Source: Candidatus Bruticola sp. (GTDB lineage: Bacteria > Vulcanimicrobiota > Xenobia > Xenobiales > Xenobiaceae). Taken from it: a stretch of DNA of 64,000 nucleotides. Below, piece by piece: positions 37,446 to 48,387 of the stretch; the stretch's first letter is position 1, and every line of letters starts with the position of its first letter. The notes below the pieces were generated by a model, which made no database searches, was not told where the DNA came from, and saw only the letters and a list, made by a program, of their open reading frames with translations. Position numbers and translations under genes: made by a program. Location of the stretch: NCBI GenBank assembly GCA_051874735.1, contig JBJEGD010000031.1, positions 159,759-223,758 of the forward strand, read 5' to 3'.

Positions 37446-38195
37446 TTATCTGCGCCTTGTTCTCGCTAAGGCGCGTAAAACTTCCAAGTAAATGATTACC
37501 ATAGTAAGCAAGATAGAGAAAGCTAAATAATATTCATATTCCTTATTACAACCTTTTTTAACTGCACGGCGGGCTTCTTTTAAGTCACCAAGTAGTACGT
37601 ATGAGAAGAAGGAGATCATTACTATACTGCTTATGGCGCCAATAACAGGATTGGCAGTTAAAATACCGACAGATTCCCAACCTAATATTCTAGCGAACAT
37701 GCTGAACATGTAGCTAAAAAGTACAACCGTTAATCCTACAGAAATAAATTTTGAGCTGATAATATTATCCTTGATAATATTTTGGCGGTACATAGTTAGG
37801 CTGCCTAGAGTTAAAGCGAAAGTAAGTATTAAAGCCTGTACCCCTATGCCAGGATAGAACGATTCAAACAGCTGGGTGATGACGCCCAAACTTAAGCCTT
37901 CCATGGCGGCATATATTCGAGCTAAATTTTTAGCTTTCATGGGATTTAAGCAGATAATAATGCCGAGTATTAAATTTAGCGAGATAATTACCAGCGAGGC
38001 AATCATAACTGTTTCGTTCAGACCACAATATCCGATAATAATAGAAGATATAATACCGGCCAATATGGTAATGCCTGTCAGCTGAACAGTTTTTTCTAAA
38101 ACTCCCTCGATAGTTGCCAACTGCTGATTTTCAGGAATAGTTTCTCGGTATAGAATTTCCAGTCTTTCGTCGACTAATGCAGGGTTGCAACTCAT
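37446..38195 (-). CDS. Bax inhibitor-1/YccA family membrane protein
   Basis: TIEGVLEKT, YAAMEGL, YPGIGVQA, IYLEVLR; 7 TM segments. Confidence 0.85.
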   Translation of the reverse strand: MSCNPALVDERLEILYRETIPENQQLATIEGVLEKTVQLTGITILAGIISSIIIGYCGLNETVMIASLVIISLNLILGIIICLNPMKAKNLARIYAAMEGLSLGVITQLFESFYPGIGVQALILTFALTLGSLTMYRQNIIKDNIISSKFISVGLTVVLFSYMFSMFARILGWESVGILTANPVIGAISSIVMISFFSYVLLGDLKEARRAVKKGCNKEYEYYLAFSILLTMVIIYLEVLRALARTRRR

Positions 38196-38320
38196 ATTTA
38201 TGACATTCCCTTTCTTACAGTAATTTCGTTGCTTATTTCTTTATGTAGCATAAATGGTAGTGCTATTTAAATAATTATGGCTGGTAGTTAATCGCTAGAC
38301 CAATAATTATATTCATGAGT

Positions 38321-41300
38321 TTAATTTTGGAATAATAAATTGTCAAAGAAACCTAAACTGTCCAGAGAATTAATAAACTTACCCAGGTAGGCTTCACTAA
38401 TTAAGGGCCAATTAAAATGTAGTCTGTAGAGAGCTTGCATAGTATAAGTATTGTCAGCTTTGAGCTCGCTGAGAGTGTGTCCTTTGGCTATACTTCGATA
38501 GGCGATCAGGCTGGATAAACTATCCGTATGGTTATTATTTTGGACGGTCTCTCGGAAAGCTTCAATAAACTGCTCTTGCAAGCATTGGTCAATAATTAGT
38601 CCCTGGCGGCGCATCATTTTTATTAAATCGTACATGTAAATAGTTCTATTGCTGAAAGGATGGAAGAGACAACAGCAGCGCGGAGTTTGGGACAACAGAA
38701 GTATTGCTTCAGCAGTGAAGTCTATGGGCGACAGTTCAACGCCAGCTCCCGAATCTTCGTAGCTGACGCAGCCTATAGTATGGTAGGCTCTGAGTTTATT
38801 AGCAAAGCTGTTGGCATTTACATTAATTTGAAATTCTCCGTCCTGATTGCGGGCCATTAAGTTGCCGGCCCGCATAACCTTGCCCTCTAGCCCCTTAAGT
38901 ATATGCTCAAAAACGATGCGCTCGCCCCTAAATTTACTAAGCATATATTTGTTGTCCATCTGTTGGCCGAAGTAAAGCATATGCTCAGTCATAGGTTCAA
39001 ACGGGCTAGGGGTACCATCTAATGAAATGCCCGCTACGCTGGAAGTAGAGATATGAATTAAACGAATGTGATTGGTCAGACAATAATTGGCAATATTCTG
39101 AGTGCCAATCACATTAACTTTATTGAGTAAGTCATCAGTATCAAAGTGGCGCACGCTAGCTGAGCAATTGAATAGCGTGTCTACAGGCAGATTGTTGAGA
39201 CGATCAAAAGTTTCTTTTTCAGTAATATCTCCTTCAATAAGAGTAATACGATCATTTAGGAAATACTCTTCAAAATCTGAACTAAAGTAATAGACAAGTA
39301 GTCCCTGTAGGCGCAATTTCAAGTTTTTTTGCTTGCCTCTGCGCATAATGCAGTAGCAGTGACCTCTATAATTTTCTAAAAATGTGCGCAGAATATGTAT
39401 GCCTAAGAAACCGGTGGCTCCAGTCAGAATGATGTTTCCAGGATTTAGGCGGTATTTAGGATCCCAGTTGTCTAAACTGTTTTTTTCCAGTAGTTTATTT
39501 ATTTCAGTGTAATCGTAATTAGTTATGTCTTCAGGAGTCTCTATAGCTTTAGTACTACTTTGCCTATTCTTTTCGGCTGCTTCTGCCAGTTCCAGCGGTG
39601 TCGAATGCTCGAAAACATCACTGTAAGTAATAGGGAGATTGCACTTCTCAGCAGCCAGTACCACTTTGGTTGCCTTAAGAGAATCGCCACCCAGATCGAA
39701 AAAGCTGTCCTTTATGCTTACGTTTCTTTCTAGGCGGAGCACTTCACTGAATATAGCGCAAAACTGCTTCTCTGCTGGGCTGCGCGGAGCTGTATATTCT
39801 TCATTGCTGGTAAGCTGCGGATCTGGTAACAATTTTAGGTCAGTTTTACCATTGGGGTTAAGCGGCAACTTAGACAGCTGTATATAATATTTAGGAACCA
39901 TATAAGGTGGAAGAAAATGGCGCAGGTAAGTTTTTAAATCTGATGGGCTGATTTGCTCATTGGCAGTAAAGTAAGCGCAGAGTACAGTTTGCTGTCCCAG
40001 TTTCTTAAGTGCGGAAGCAGCTGAATTAATGCTGGGATAATTAAGCATTAGGCTGGTAATTTCGTCAAGTTCAATGCGCAGCCCGTTTAGCTTAACTTGA
40101 TTGTCCAATCGTCCTAAAATGTGCATATAGCCTTCATAATCCCACCAGGCTGCATCTCCACTTCTGTAAGCTCTCCTTCCTTTCAGATTTATAAATGATT
40201 TTTTAGTTAGATTAGGATTAGCTGCATAGCCTCGACCAACGCCTTCTCCGGAAATAACCAGCTCGCCTAAGGCTCCTAAGGGCATAATTGTGCCAAAACG
40301 GTTTAATATGTAAAATTGCATATTAGATATAGGACGGCCGATACTAGTGTCTTCGTCGTCAGTAATAAGTTTAGCACTGCAGGAAACGGTAGTTTCTGAA
40401 GGTCCATAGCAGTTGTAAATATGGAGCTTAGGGTTGAGCTCTTTTAACTTTTTATATAAATAGGAAGAAAAATTTTCTCCTCCTAGCATAATAGATTTGA
40501 GATTAGATATAGCTTGACATAAAAAAGTAGATTCTAAGCTGTTTATTAGGTATGAAGGAACGCAAGTAAACGAATCTGCTTTATGTTTAAGCATAGTTTG
40601 TCCCAAAAGATCTGGAGAATGAATCTCCTCTTCTGAGGTTAAGAGCACACAGCGTCCGGAGCAAAGTGGCACTATAAATTCTAGAACAGAGACGTCGAAA
40701 GTCAGAGCACACCAGGCTGTACACACTTGGCTATTTTTTAAGATGGCTGTATTCTGAACATTTTTAGATAGAGGGGCGGCCAAATGGGAGAAACTGTGAT
40801 CTTCAATCATGACTCCTTTGGGACGTCCTGTCGATCCGGAAGTATAAATTATGTAAGCCAAATCGTTAGGAAGATGTTCTATTTCTGTTAAGTTACTATG
40901 CGCTTGGCTGTCAAAATTAAATTTATCCAATTCTACCACGCAGCCTTGCGGCCAAGCTTTCCATAAATCGGCGTGAGCTTCTTTAATTTTTTCTGTAGTT
41001 ATAACCATAGGAACGCCGCATTCCTTAAAAATAGAAAGTAGGCGGTCGTCCGGCCAGGCAGATTCTAAACAGGTGAAAGCTCCTCCCGCTTTCATAACCG
41101 CTAAGCGCCCAATATAGGCGTTCACAGAACGTTCGGTCATAATCGCTATTGGCGTGTTGCGCAGGCTGCCTGTAGTTTGCTTCAGTAGAAAACGGGCTAA
41201 AGCGTTAGACCGTTTATTCAACTCATCGTAAGTTAAAGAAATGCTTCCGCTGATCACAGCCGTTTTGCTACTGTGGGCTGCAGCTGCTTGTTCAAAACGT

Positions 41301-44300
41301 TCAATAGTAGCACAGGGAATGAAATTTTCAGTTGTAGAGTTTATTTCATCTAGAAAAGCCTGGGCTTTTTCAGAAAGTATTTTTATTTGACTGATTTTAT
41401 CTGCAGTAAAGCAGCTGTTTAAAGCTGTTAAATAAGCTTCAGCTAAACCTTCAGCTATTTTCTGGTTATACAGGGGCTCTTGCCAGGAAACGCGCAGGCG
41501 CAGACCTTGTTTATTTGTATATACCTCAAAGCCTAACACACCGTTTTCCTCATGATCTAGCTGTTTGTACTCGATCTGATGTTGATTGAATTCAAAATTG
41601 TCGAAGCTGTCACCCTGATATATTAACGATGGCAGATTCTTAAGTTTGAAGGCAGAAACAAGCTCTTCATAGGGGCAATTTATGTAGCGCAAATTAGAAG
41701 TAATCTGCTGCTGCGTTTCTTTAAAGAAGCTAATAGTATTTAGATCGGCGTTTAAATTTATTTTAATAGGGTAAGTTCGGGTAAACATGCCTACTGCCGA
41801 ATTAAGATTTATATTAGGTCTAACATTGTATATGGAATTAAATATGACATATTCCTTACCGCTGAAGTTGGCTAATACATACCCAAAGACGGAGCATAGT
41901 AGCGCGTTGGGAGTGACGCCTATTTTCCGGCAGTAACTTTCGAGGCGTACAATATTTATTGTGTCTATATGCAGATTGAGACTAGAACCTTGGTTGCGTA
42001 AAGAGACTGAAGTATCAGCTCCTGGCATAGTCATGTCGTTATCTTGATCGTTGAGCAGTTTTTGGTAATAATTCAGAGCTATTTTGCGCAAGTCTGACTG
42101 CAAAGAGGCTTCTTGGTGCTCTTTAGCTGCATATTTCAAAGCCCGATAATCGTCTATATCCAGTTTTTGGCCTTGATAAGCTTGCTGCAGGCTGCTAAGA
42201 ATTAGTCTAAGACTTTGACCATCCATAATGAGGTGGCTGACATCAATAAATAGATATACAAACTTTTTATTTTGCCATAAAGCAAAGCGGCTTAAATAGG
42301 CGTCTTTGGTAAAAGGCTCATCGCCGCGGAGAAAATGGAAAGGCTTAAGGTTGTAGTCTGTTCCCGCTGCAGGGGGATAATCGGCTATTTCTTTAATTTC
42401 TATGGTAAAAGGTTGTGGTTCATCTGTAAAAATAAGCGGTTCAGGATTGCCCGCAGCATTGACCATTTCCCGCAAATAAGACTTCAAAATTGGATATGTG
42501 GAAATAACCTTATTAAGAGCTTGATGCAGATGCTCAAAGTCTACTATCTCTTTGGAAAACTCTACTAAAATAGGGTTGTTGTACATGCATGAATAGGGAA
42601 ACCGAATCGAATCTAAATATATGCCATGCTGCACTGCACTCAGAGGATAAGCAATAGAATTGGCAGTTATATAAGAACTGTCAGCAGAAGTAGAGTCTGC
42701 AATGGCTGCTAATTCAGCTATATTAGTGCATTTGTAAATATCAGCTGTATCTATGCTAATATGCATTTGCTCATAAATATCGGAGAGCAAATTAATTAAG
42801 CCTAGAGAATTTAAGCCTAAGTTCCAGAAATTGTCCCGTCGAGAGATAACTGAACGTTTAAGAATGCTTTTTACTATCTCTAGAAGTTTTAGTTCTGCAG
42901 GAGAAGCATTTGCGTTATCTGCAGCAGCGGCGGCTTCCAGGGCTTTTTGCTGTCCTTCAGATGTGCTATAGAAATCGTCAGTATAAAAATTTGGTTCGGG
43001 CAGAGCTTGATAGTCTATTTTGTGGTTTACATTTAAAGGTAAATTTTCTAAATGGACTAGTTGGGGTACCATGTAATAAGGCTTTTGAGCCTTAATGTAG
43101 TTAATGATAGATTGCTCATCCAGTATTTTATCTGAAGAGTAGTAAGCGGTTAAAATGGATCCCTGCGTTGTTGAAGGCCAAGCTTTTACTGCTACGTTTC
43201 GTATGCCTTTATATTTGCTTAGACAATCTTCTATTTCGGATAATTCTACACGAAAACCGCGCACTTTAACTTGTCTGTCAATTCGGCCACCAATCAAACA
43301 GCAACCATGTTCATCAAGCATAGCTTTGTCGCCGCTACGGTATAAGTACTTATAGCAGGTTTCTTCCTGGTCAGGCTTATAAAAAGGATTGGCAATCAAA
43401 GCTTTCTGCTCTTCTTTAGGACGTTTTATATAACCGAGCATAATTTGTGGTGAGGCTATATAAAGTTCCCCCCATGTGCCAGCTGGTAAAATATGTCTAT
43501 TTTCATCTAAAATATAGAAGCGGGTGCCGCGATGGGGGAAGCCTATAGGTATATTGCTGTAATATTTGTCAACTTTAAAGGCGCTTACACTACAGAGAGT
43601 TTCCGTAGGACCGTAAAGGTTTACTACTGTGTAACGGCGGCAAGGCGTGAAGGAGGGCAGCTTTTCTCCTCCTGTAATCAGATAGCGCAGATGAGCGCTG
43701 TCAAAGCGGCTCAAAAACTGAAAAGCTGCCTGAGTAGTCATAAAAGTATGGGATATTTCGTTCTGTTCTAGAAAAACACTGAGTTTATGAAAGTTAAGAC
43801 GAATTTCTTTGGGTATTATATACAAAGATGAACCAGTGCATATAGGAGGATAAGTTTCTAAAATGTTAGCGTCAAAACTGAAGCTGGCGTAGGCAGTAAC
43901 TCGGCTTTGCGGAGTAAGTTCTACTAATTCTTTGTACACGTTTATATAAGTGTTTAAGGCGCGCCAAGGAATTTTTATCCCTTTGGGAATTCCTGTCGAG
44001 CCAGATGTATAAAGAACTGCCGCTGTATCTTCATTCTTTAGAGGTGCAAAATTTGAAGAAGGGGTTACTGGATTGGGCAGGCTTTCCAACTCATCTAAGC
44101 CCAAAATAGGACATTGACACTCTAGAGATTTATTTAGGAGATCTTTATCGCAAATAAGGAAGTCTGTTTGAGCATCGTGCATCATAAATTTCAGTCGCTC
44201 GTAGGGATAATTGGCGTCTAAAGGAACGTAGGAAGCTCCTGTTTTGAAGACGGCCAATATTAAAGCTATAGCATATGCGGACTGATCCAGCAGAATAGCT

Positions 44301-44479
44301 ACACGCTTTCCTCGCTTTACACCGTTGTTGTGTAAATAATTAGCGACTTTTTCACTTAAATTCTCAATTTGAGAATAAGTGAGGGTCTGGTCGTTGAATA
44401 TAACGGCTGGTTTGTGAGGAAAAGAAGCTACCGCTTGGCGGTAAAGAGAAAGCACTGATTCCATATTAACTATACCCAC
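38321..44479 (-). CDS. Two-module NRPS: A-PCP-C-A-PCP-thioester reductase
   Basis: A1 YTSGSTGIPKG/YGPTE/YRSGD; PCP1 LGLNSL; C domain PLSAVQ..SHLIMDG; A2 YTSGSTGRPKG/NGK; PCP2 LGGDSL; R domain TGATGFLG and YMLSK. Confidence 0.93.
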   Translation of the reverse strand: MGIVNMESVLSLYRQAVASFPHKPAVIFNDQTLTYSQIENLSEKVANYLHNNGVKRGKRVAILLDQSAYAIALILAVFKTGASYVPLDANYPYERLKFMMHDAQTDFLICDKDLLNKSLECQCPILGLDELESLPNPVTPSSNFAPLKNEDTAAVLYTSGSTGIPKGIKIPWRALNTYINVYKELVELTPQSRVTAYASFSFDANILETYPPICTGSSLYIIPKEIRLNFHKLSVFLEQNEISHTFMTTQAAFQFLSRFDSAHLRYLITGGEKLPSFTPCRRYTVVNLYGPTETLCSVSAFKVDKYYSNIPIGFPHRGTRFYILDENRHILPAGTWGELYIASPQIMLGYIKRPKEEQKALIANPFYKPDQEETCYKYLYRSGDKAMLDEHGCCLIGGRIDRQVKVRGFRVELSEIEDCLSKYKGIRNVAVKAWPSTTQGSILTAYYSSDKILDEQSIINYIKAQKPYYMVPQLVHLENLPLNVNHKIDYQALPEPNFYTDDFYSTSEGQQKALEAAAAADNANASPAELKLLEIVKSILKRSVISRRDNFWNLGLNSLGLINLLSDIYEQMHISIDTADIYKCTNIAELAAIADSTSADSSYITANSIAYPLSAVQHGIYLDSIRFPYSCMYNNPILVEFSKEIVDFEHLHQALNKVISTYPILKSYLREMVNAAGNPEPLIFTDEPQPFTIEIKEIADYPPAAGTDYNLKPFHFLRGDEPFTKDAYLSRFALWQNKKFVYLFIDVSHLIMDGQSLRLILSSLQQAYQGQKLDIDDYRALKYAAKEHQEASLQSDLRKIALNYYQKLLNDQDNDMTMPGADTSVSLRNQGSSLNLHIDTINIVRLESYCRKIGVTPNALLCSVFGYVLANFSGKEYVIFNSIYNVRPNINLNSAVGMFTRTYPIKINLNADLNTISFFKETQQQITSNLRYINCPYEELVSAFKLKNLPSLIYQGDSFDNFEFNQHQIEYKQLDHEENGVLGFEVYTNKQGLRLRVSWQEPLYNQKIAEGLAEAYLTALNSCFTADKISQIKILSEKAQAFLDEINSTTENFIPCATIERFEQAAAAHSSKTAVISGSISLTYDELNKRSNALARFLLKQTTGSLRNTPIAIMTERSVNAYIGRLAVMKAGGAFTCLESAWPDDRLLSIFKECGVPMVITTEKIKEAHADLWKAWPQGCVVELDKFNFDSQAHSNLTEIEHLPNDLAYIIYTSGSTGRPKGVMIEDHSFSHLAAPLSKNVQNTAILKNSQVCTAWCALTFDVSVLEFIVPLCSGRCVLLTSEEEIHSPDLLGQTMLKHKADSFTCVPSYLINSLESTFLCQAISNLKSIMLGGENFSSYLYKKLKELNPKLHIYNCYGPSETTVSCSAKLITDDEDTSIGRPISNMQFYILNRFGTIMPLGALGELVISGEGVGRGYAANPNLTKKSFINLKGRRAYRSGDAAWWDYEGYMHILGRLDNQVKLNGLRIELDEITSLMLNYPSINSAASALKKLGQQTVLCAYFTANEQISPSDLKTYLRHFLPPYMVPKYYIQLSKLPLNPNGKTDLKLLPDPQLTSNEEYTAPRSPAEKQFCAIFSEVLRLERNVSIKDSFFDLGGDSLKATKVVLAAEKCNLPITYSDVFEHSTPLELAEAAEKNRQSSTKAIETPEDITNYDYTEINKLLEKNSLDNWDPKYRLNPGNIILTGATGFLGIHILRTFLENYRGHCYCIMRRGKQKNLKLRLQGLLVYYFSSDFEEYFLNDRITLIEGDITEKETFDRLNNLPVDTLFNCSASVRHFDTDDLLNKVNVIGTQNIANYCLTNHIRLIHISTSSVAGISLDGTPSPFEPMTEHMLYFGQQMDNKYMLSKFRGERIVFEHILKGLEGKVMRAGNLMARNQDGEFQINVNANSFANKLRAYHTIGCVSYEDSGAGVELSPIDFTAEAILLLSQTPRCCCLFHPFSNRTIYMYDLIKMMRRQGLIIDQCLQEQFIEAFRETVQNNNHTDSLSSLIAYRSIAKGHTLSELKADNTYTMQALYRLHFNWPLISEAYLGKFINSLDSLGFFDNLLFQN

Positions 44480-44596
44480 ACATTCTAGACAGGTAGACTA
44501 TCAATGTTATTAAAAACTTCTGCGGCCAAGTTTATAATGTATAGTGACATGCTGAAGTTTTTAATTTAGCGATTTTTTTATTATTATCGGATAGGC

Positions 44597-45460
44597 GTGA
44601 TTTTTAAAATGGTAAATTCTAAAAATTGTAATTCAGGCCTTCAGAAGAAACGAGAAATCATTGCCTTGATGGTGTGGTTGTTTGGAGGCATAGTTCTGGT
44701 AGCTACGTTAAGCGGGCTAACTTTAATGACCGTATTATTTGCGCAGATTATAGGCTGGGGAGGGGCTCTGCTGATATCTCTGTTTTTTGCTGAGCTGCTA
44801 CTTATGTTCACCTATTCTCATCCTTTGGGAGCTTACATGGAAAAGGCCGAGCTTTTGCCGCTGCTTGGTGAATTGCCGCTGAAGAACATAGGTGGAATTA
44901 TTAAACAGTCCATTTATGCAATTACTGTGCTTATGGGAATTGTGCTTTTAGGTTTAACCTGTCCCGATATTATAAAATTCTGCGTACCAGCCAATCGTCT
45001 CGATTTAGTTCCATTTTACGTAATTGAGCTATTTTTGCTATATTTTATATATGCAGTCTTAACTAAGAGAGCTGTATCCCTTTTTTCTGCTTCGCATACT
45101 CTGCGTTATGAAAAAATCAGAGCTGATATTTTGTTTTGTAGTTCTCGTGGTGATGATCCGGCAAGTCGCGAGGCTTTTCAAGTGCAGAAAGAAGCGTTGG
45201 AAGAAGAATTAGAGAAGATCAAAATTCAAGTAGAAAAGGTAAAGCAAAGCAATTATTGGTTTATCTGCATATTTATTTTAGTATCTTTTGCTGCTTTTTT
45301 TCTGCATGTCTATTTATTATCAAGTTTCTATTTTACACTGCCTAGTTGTTGGGGATTAACGTGTTTTATTGTTCTATCTTTAATATATATATCGTTAAGT
45401 TTAGTTCTAGATAACAAATTCAGCTGTTCAGATAGTAGCGAGAAGAAGTTTCCAGATTAG
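44597..45460 (+). CDS. Hypothetical membrane protein
   Basis: About 6 TM segments with a short coiled-coil loop. Confidence 0.6.
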   Translation: MIFKMVNSKNCNSGLQKKREIIALMVWLFGGIVLVATLSGLTLMTVLFAQIIGWGGALLISLFFAELLLMFTYSHPLGAYMEKAELLPLLGELPLKNIGGIIKQSIYAITVLMGIVLLGLTCPDIIKFCVPANRLDLVPFYVIELFLLYFIYAVLTKRAVSLFSASHTLRYEKIRADILFCSSRGDDPASREAFQVQKEALEEELEKIKIQVEKVKQSNYWFICIFILVSFAAFFLHVYLLSSFYFTLPSCWGLTCFIVLSLIYISLSLVLDNKFSCSDSSEKKFPD

Positions 45461-45504
45461 ATAAAGAAAATTATACGGCGGACGCTAAGGAGGCCTGACT
45501 TAAA

Positions 45505-46566
45505 GTGGGCGATAATAAAGTAAACGAACTCAGAACCGAAATAGATAAAATAAATTCAAAAATACTCAATTTGCTTAATGAAAGGGCGGGGATAGCTCTA
45601 AAGTTAGCTAAAGAAAAAGCTAAAGCTGGCATTTCCGGCTATGATCCTGTGCGCGAATCTTTAATGCTAGATGGGTTAGTTCAGCAAAACCTCGGTCCTT
45701 TCGGTGATTCTGCTGTCAGAGAAATCTTTAAGCACATCTGTCAAATAACTTTAGAGTTGATGGGTAGCAGCGAAAGGTGCAATCTCAAAGTATCACGCAG
45801 CAGTCATCCTGAAAATACAAAATTTACAATTAATGGAGCCATCTTTGGAAGTGGAGCCTTCAACGTTATAGCCGGTCCTTGTTCTATAGAGAGTGAGGAA
45901 CAAGCTGAGGCTGTGGCTTCCTGTTTGGATAAATTGGGGGTGAAGTTAATGCGCGGTGGAGCTTTTAAGCCGCGTACTTCTCCCTACAGTTTCCAAGGAC
46001 TGGGCATGGTCGGCCTGCAGATGCTTTTTCAAGCGGCACGTCGCCACAATCTTGCCGTGGTAAGTGAAATTACCGATGTACGCCTGCTTGATCAGGCAGC
46101 TCCATATATAGATATTATCCAAATAGGGGCCCGCAGTATGTATAACTATCCGCTGCTGCAGGAAGTAGGGCGTCTAGGCAAGCCTGTTATATTAAAACGC
46201 CATTTTGCTGCCAGTCTTGATGAATTTCTCTTAGCTGCTGAGTATATCATGCAAGGTGGTACCTCAGATATTATTTTATGTGAGCGAGGTATCAGAACTT
46301 TTGAACGCTGGGTGCGTAATACTTTAGATATTTCAGCACTGCCTTTGCTTAAACGTGAAACCCATTTGCCCATAATGGCCGATATCTCTCATGCTGCGGG
46401 CCGTCGTGATATTTTATTGCCTTTAGCTAAAGCGGTTAAAGCTGCCGGAGCTGATGCGCTGATGATTGAAGTACACAATAATCCTAAATGTGCCCGCTCA
46501 GATAGTCAGCAGCAGCTTAATTTAGATGAGTTCATTGCACTGTATCAAAATTTGCTCAAAAGTTGA
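45505..46566 (+). CDS. Bifunctional chorismate mutase / DAHP synthase (type I-beta)
   Basis: N-terminal LRTEIDKIN..LLNERA..YDPVRE; IAGPCSIES, RGGAFKPRTSPYSFQG, CERGIRTFE. Confidence 0.95.
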   Translation: MGDNKVNELRTEIDKINSKILNLLNERAGIALKLAKEKAKAGISGYDPVRESLMLDGLVQQNLGPFGDSAVREIFKHICQITLELMGSSERCNLKVSRSSHPENTKFTINGAIFGSGAFNVIAGPCSIESEEQAEAVASCLDKLGVKLMRGGAFKPRTSPYSFQGLGMVGLQMLFQAARRHNLAVVSEITDVRLLDQAAPYIDIIQIGARSMYNYPLLQEVGRLGKPVILKRHFAASLDEFLLAAEYIMQGGTSDIILCERGIRTFERWVRNTLDISALPLLKRETHLPIMADISHAAGRRDILLPLAKAVKAAGADALMIEVHNNPKCARSDSQQQLNLDEFIALYQNLLKS

Positions 46567-46602
46567 GCTGGCAAATTTGAATAAGCGGAGAATATAAATA
46601 TT

Positions 46603-47307
46603 ATGGAGGAAGCTTTTTGGAAGGAAAAATGTCTAAGCATAATTATTCCTTGCTATAACGAAGAAACGCTCATTCTCGATTTGGTGATGTCCGTTTTATC
46701 GTCGTCAGTTCCTAACAAGGAAATAATTGTGGTTGATGATGGATCTAACGATAACACACCTAAAATTTTGCGTGAAGTTGTCGAATCACTAGTTTCAAAA
46801 GTTATTTATTGTTCCGAGAATAGAGGCAAAGGTGCAGCTGTCAGGCGTGGATTAGCTGAAGCTTCAGGCGATGTCGTTATTATTCAAGATGCCGATTTTG
46901 AATATTCACCAGAATTTTACAAAGCTGTTGTGCGTCCCGTCTTCGCTGGTGAAGTAGAAGCTTGCTACGGTTCCCGATTCGCTGAGCGGAGATGGATTCC
47001 CGGGGCATATGTCAGTAATATATTAGCTAATTGGTTTTTGACTAATCTTTCCAACTTTTTTACTGGCTATCATCTGACTGATATGGAAACTTGTTTTAAG
47101 GCTATTCGAAGAGATATCTTTCAATCTCTCACTTTGGAACAAGATCGCTTCGGTATAGAGCCTGAAATTACAGCAAAATTAGCTAAAAAACGGTGCCGTA
47201 TCGCTGAAGTCCCTATCAGTTATGCGCCCAGATGCAAATCTTCCGGTAAAAAGATCGGTTTTCGAGACGGTCTTCAGGCGATTAGCTGTATCTTTAAGTA
47301 TCGTTAA
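46603..47307 (+). CDS. Glycosyltransferase family 2 (DPM1-like)
   Basis: IIPCYNE, VDDGSND, NRGKGAA, QDADFEY, TDMETC. Confidence 0.92.
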   Translation: MEEAFWKEKCLSIIIPCYNEETLILDLVMSVLSSSVPNKEIIVVDDGSNDNTPKILREVVESLVSKVIYCSENRGKGAAVRRGLAEASGDVVIIQDADFEYSPEFYKAVVRPVFAGEVEACYGSRFAERRWIPGAYVSNILANWFLTNLSNFFTGYHLTDMETCFKAIRRDIFQSLTLEQDRFGIEPEITAKLAKKRCRIAEVPISYAPRCKSSGKKIGFRDGLQAISCIFKYR

Positions 47308-47427
47308 AACCGCATATTTAGGCGGCTATTATTACGGACTAAGATAGTAGCTGAGCATATGTAGTATATATTTTATACTAGGCAAGAAAGGAGGAGGCTG
47401 GTCTTAAGCGAAAGCCCAGTCTGTTTT

Positions 47428-48387
47428 ATGGATCGTTCGACCTTTATAATAGCCGTTTTAACTGCCGCAGTGGCCGTCGAGTCCTATTTCCTTTTTAAGC
47501 CGACTGCTGATCCCGTTGTCGCTGAGTTCTCCGGCGAGGTTATTCTCCGCAGCAGCCTAGATAACGAGTTGTGTAAGCTGTTCGGTCGTGAAACTCTGCA
47601 GAATATGATCACTGATCGCCTGATAGATAAAGCTGTAGCTCAACGTAAGTGTACCGTATCTGAAGAGGAACTTGATAATTGGATCGCCGATTATAAAAAG
47701 AGGCCAGATGCTCAAGAATTGGTAGCTTCTAATCAGTTAAATGTCGATAAATTGAGAGAAAACCTGCGCCGATCCGTACCTTTATATAAGCTTGTTCTCA
47801 GCAATGTCTCTGAAGCAGAACGCAAAAAATACTTTAATCAAAGGGCTTCAGTATTTGAAGAAATGGAATTGCTCGGTATTTTGCTGGGATCGGAGGCTGA
47901 AGCTAATGAGTTAGCCGGACGGATAAATGGCGAAGATGCTTTTTCTGCTATGGCGTTAGTTCATTCTCTAGATATGCAGACTCGTGATATTGGGGGGCGA
48001 TTAGGCAGAGTTACGCGGGCCGAATTGGAGGAGTCGTTTGATCCTCTGAGTGTCAAAGAACTATTCACTCAAAAAGTTGGAACTTTAAGCGTTCCGATGG
48101 CTTCTAACAGCGGAGGATGGTATTTATTCTGGATAAAAAGTCGCACAACTGATTATGAGTCTTTACGTTTGCGGGTTCTTGAAGTTATGGCGGCTGAACG
48201 ATTACAGTCTTTTTTAGAACAGTTGCGCAATCAGGCCGGAGTAAAAATCCTTTTGCCTGAGTCTGATATGTCTGCTGTTCTTAATGAAAAAACGGAAGGT
48301 AAGCCGGAGAAGACTGCAGCTGAAACTGATTCAGTTTCTTCCGGATCTGAGACAGCGCAACCTAGATCGAAAGAGGAGAAAAAATAG
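47428..48387 (+). CDS. PrsA/SurA-like parvulin foldase
   Basis: N-terminal anchor, SurA-N-like helices, FSAMALVHSLD..GGRLG parvulin-like core (degenerate). Confidence 0.75.
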   Translation: MDRSTFIIAVLTAAVAVESYFLFKPTADPVVAEFSGEVILRSSLDNELCKLFGRETLQNMITDRLIDKAVAQRKCTVSEEELDNWIADYKKRPDAQELVASNQLNVDKLRENLRRSVPLYKLVLSNVSEAERKKYFNQRASVFEEMELLGILLGSEAEANELAGRINGEDAFSAMALVHSLDMQTRDIGGRLGRVTRAELEESFDPLSVKELFTQKVGTLSVPMASNSGGWYLFWIKSRTTDYESLRLRVLEVMAAERLQSFLEQLRNQAGVKILLPESDMSAVLNEKTEGKPEKTAAETDSVSSGSETAQPRSKEEKK

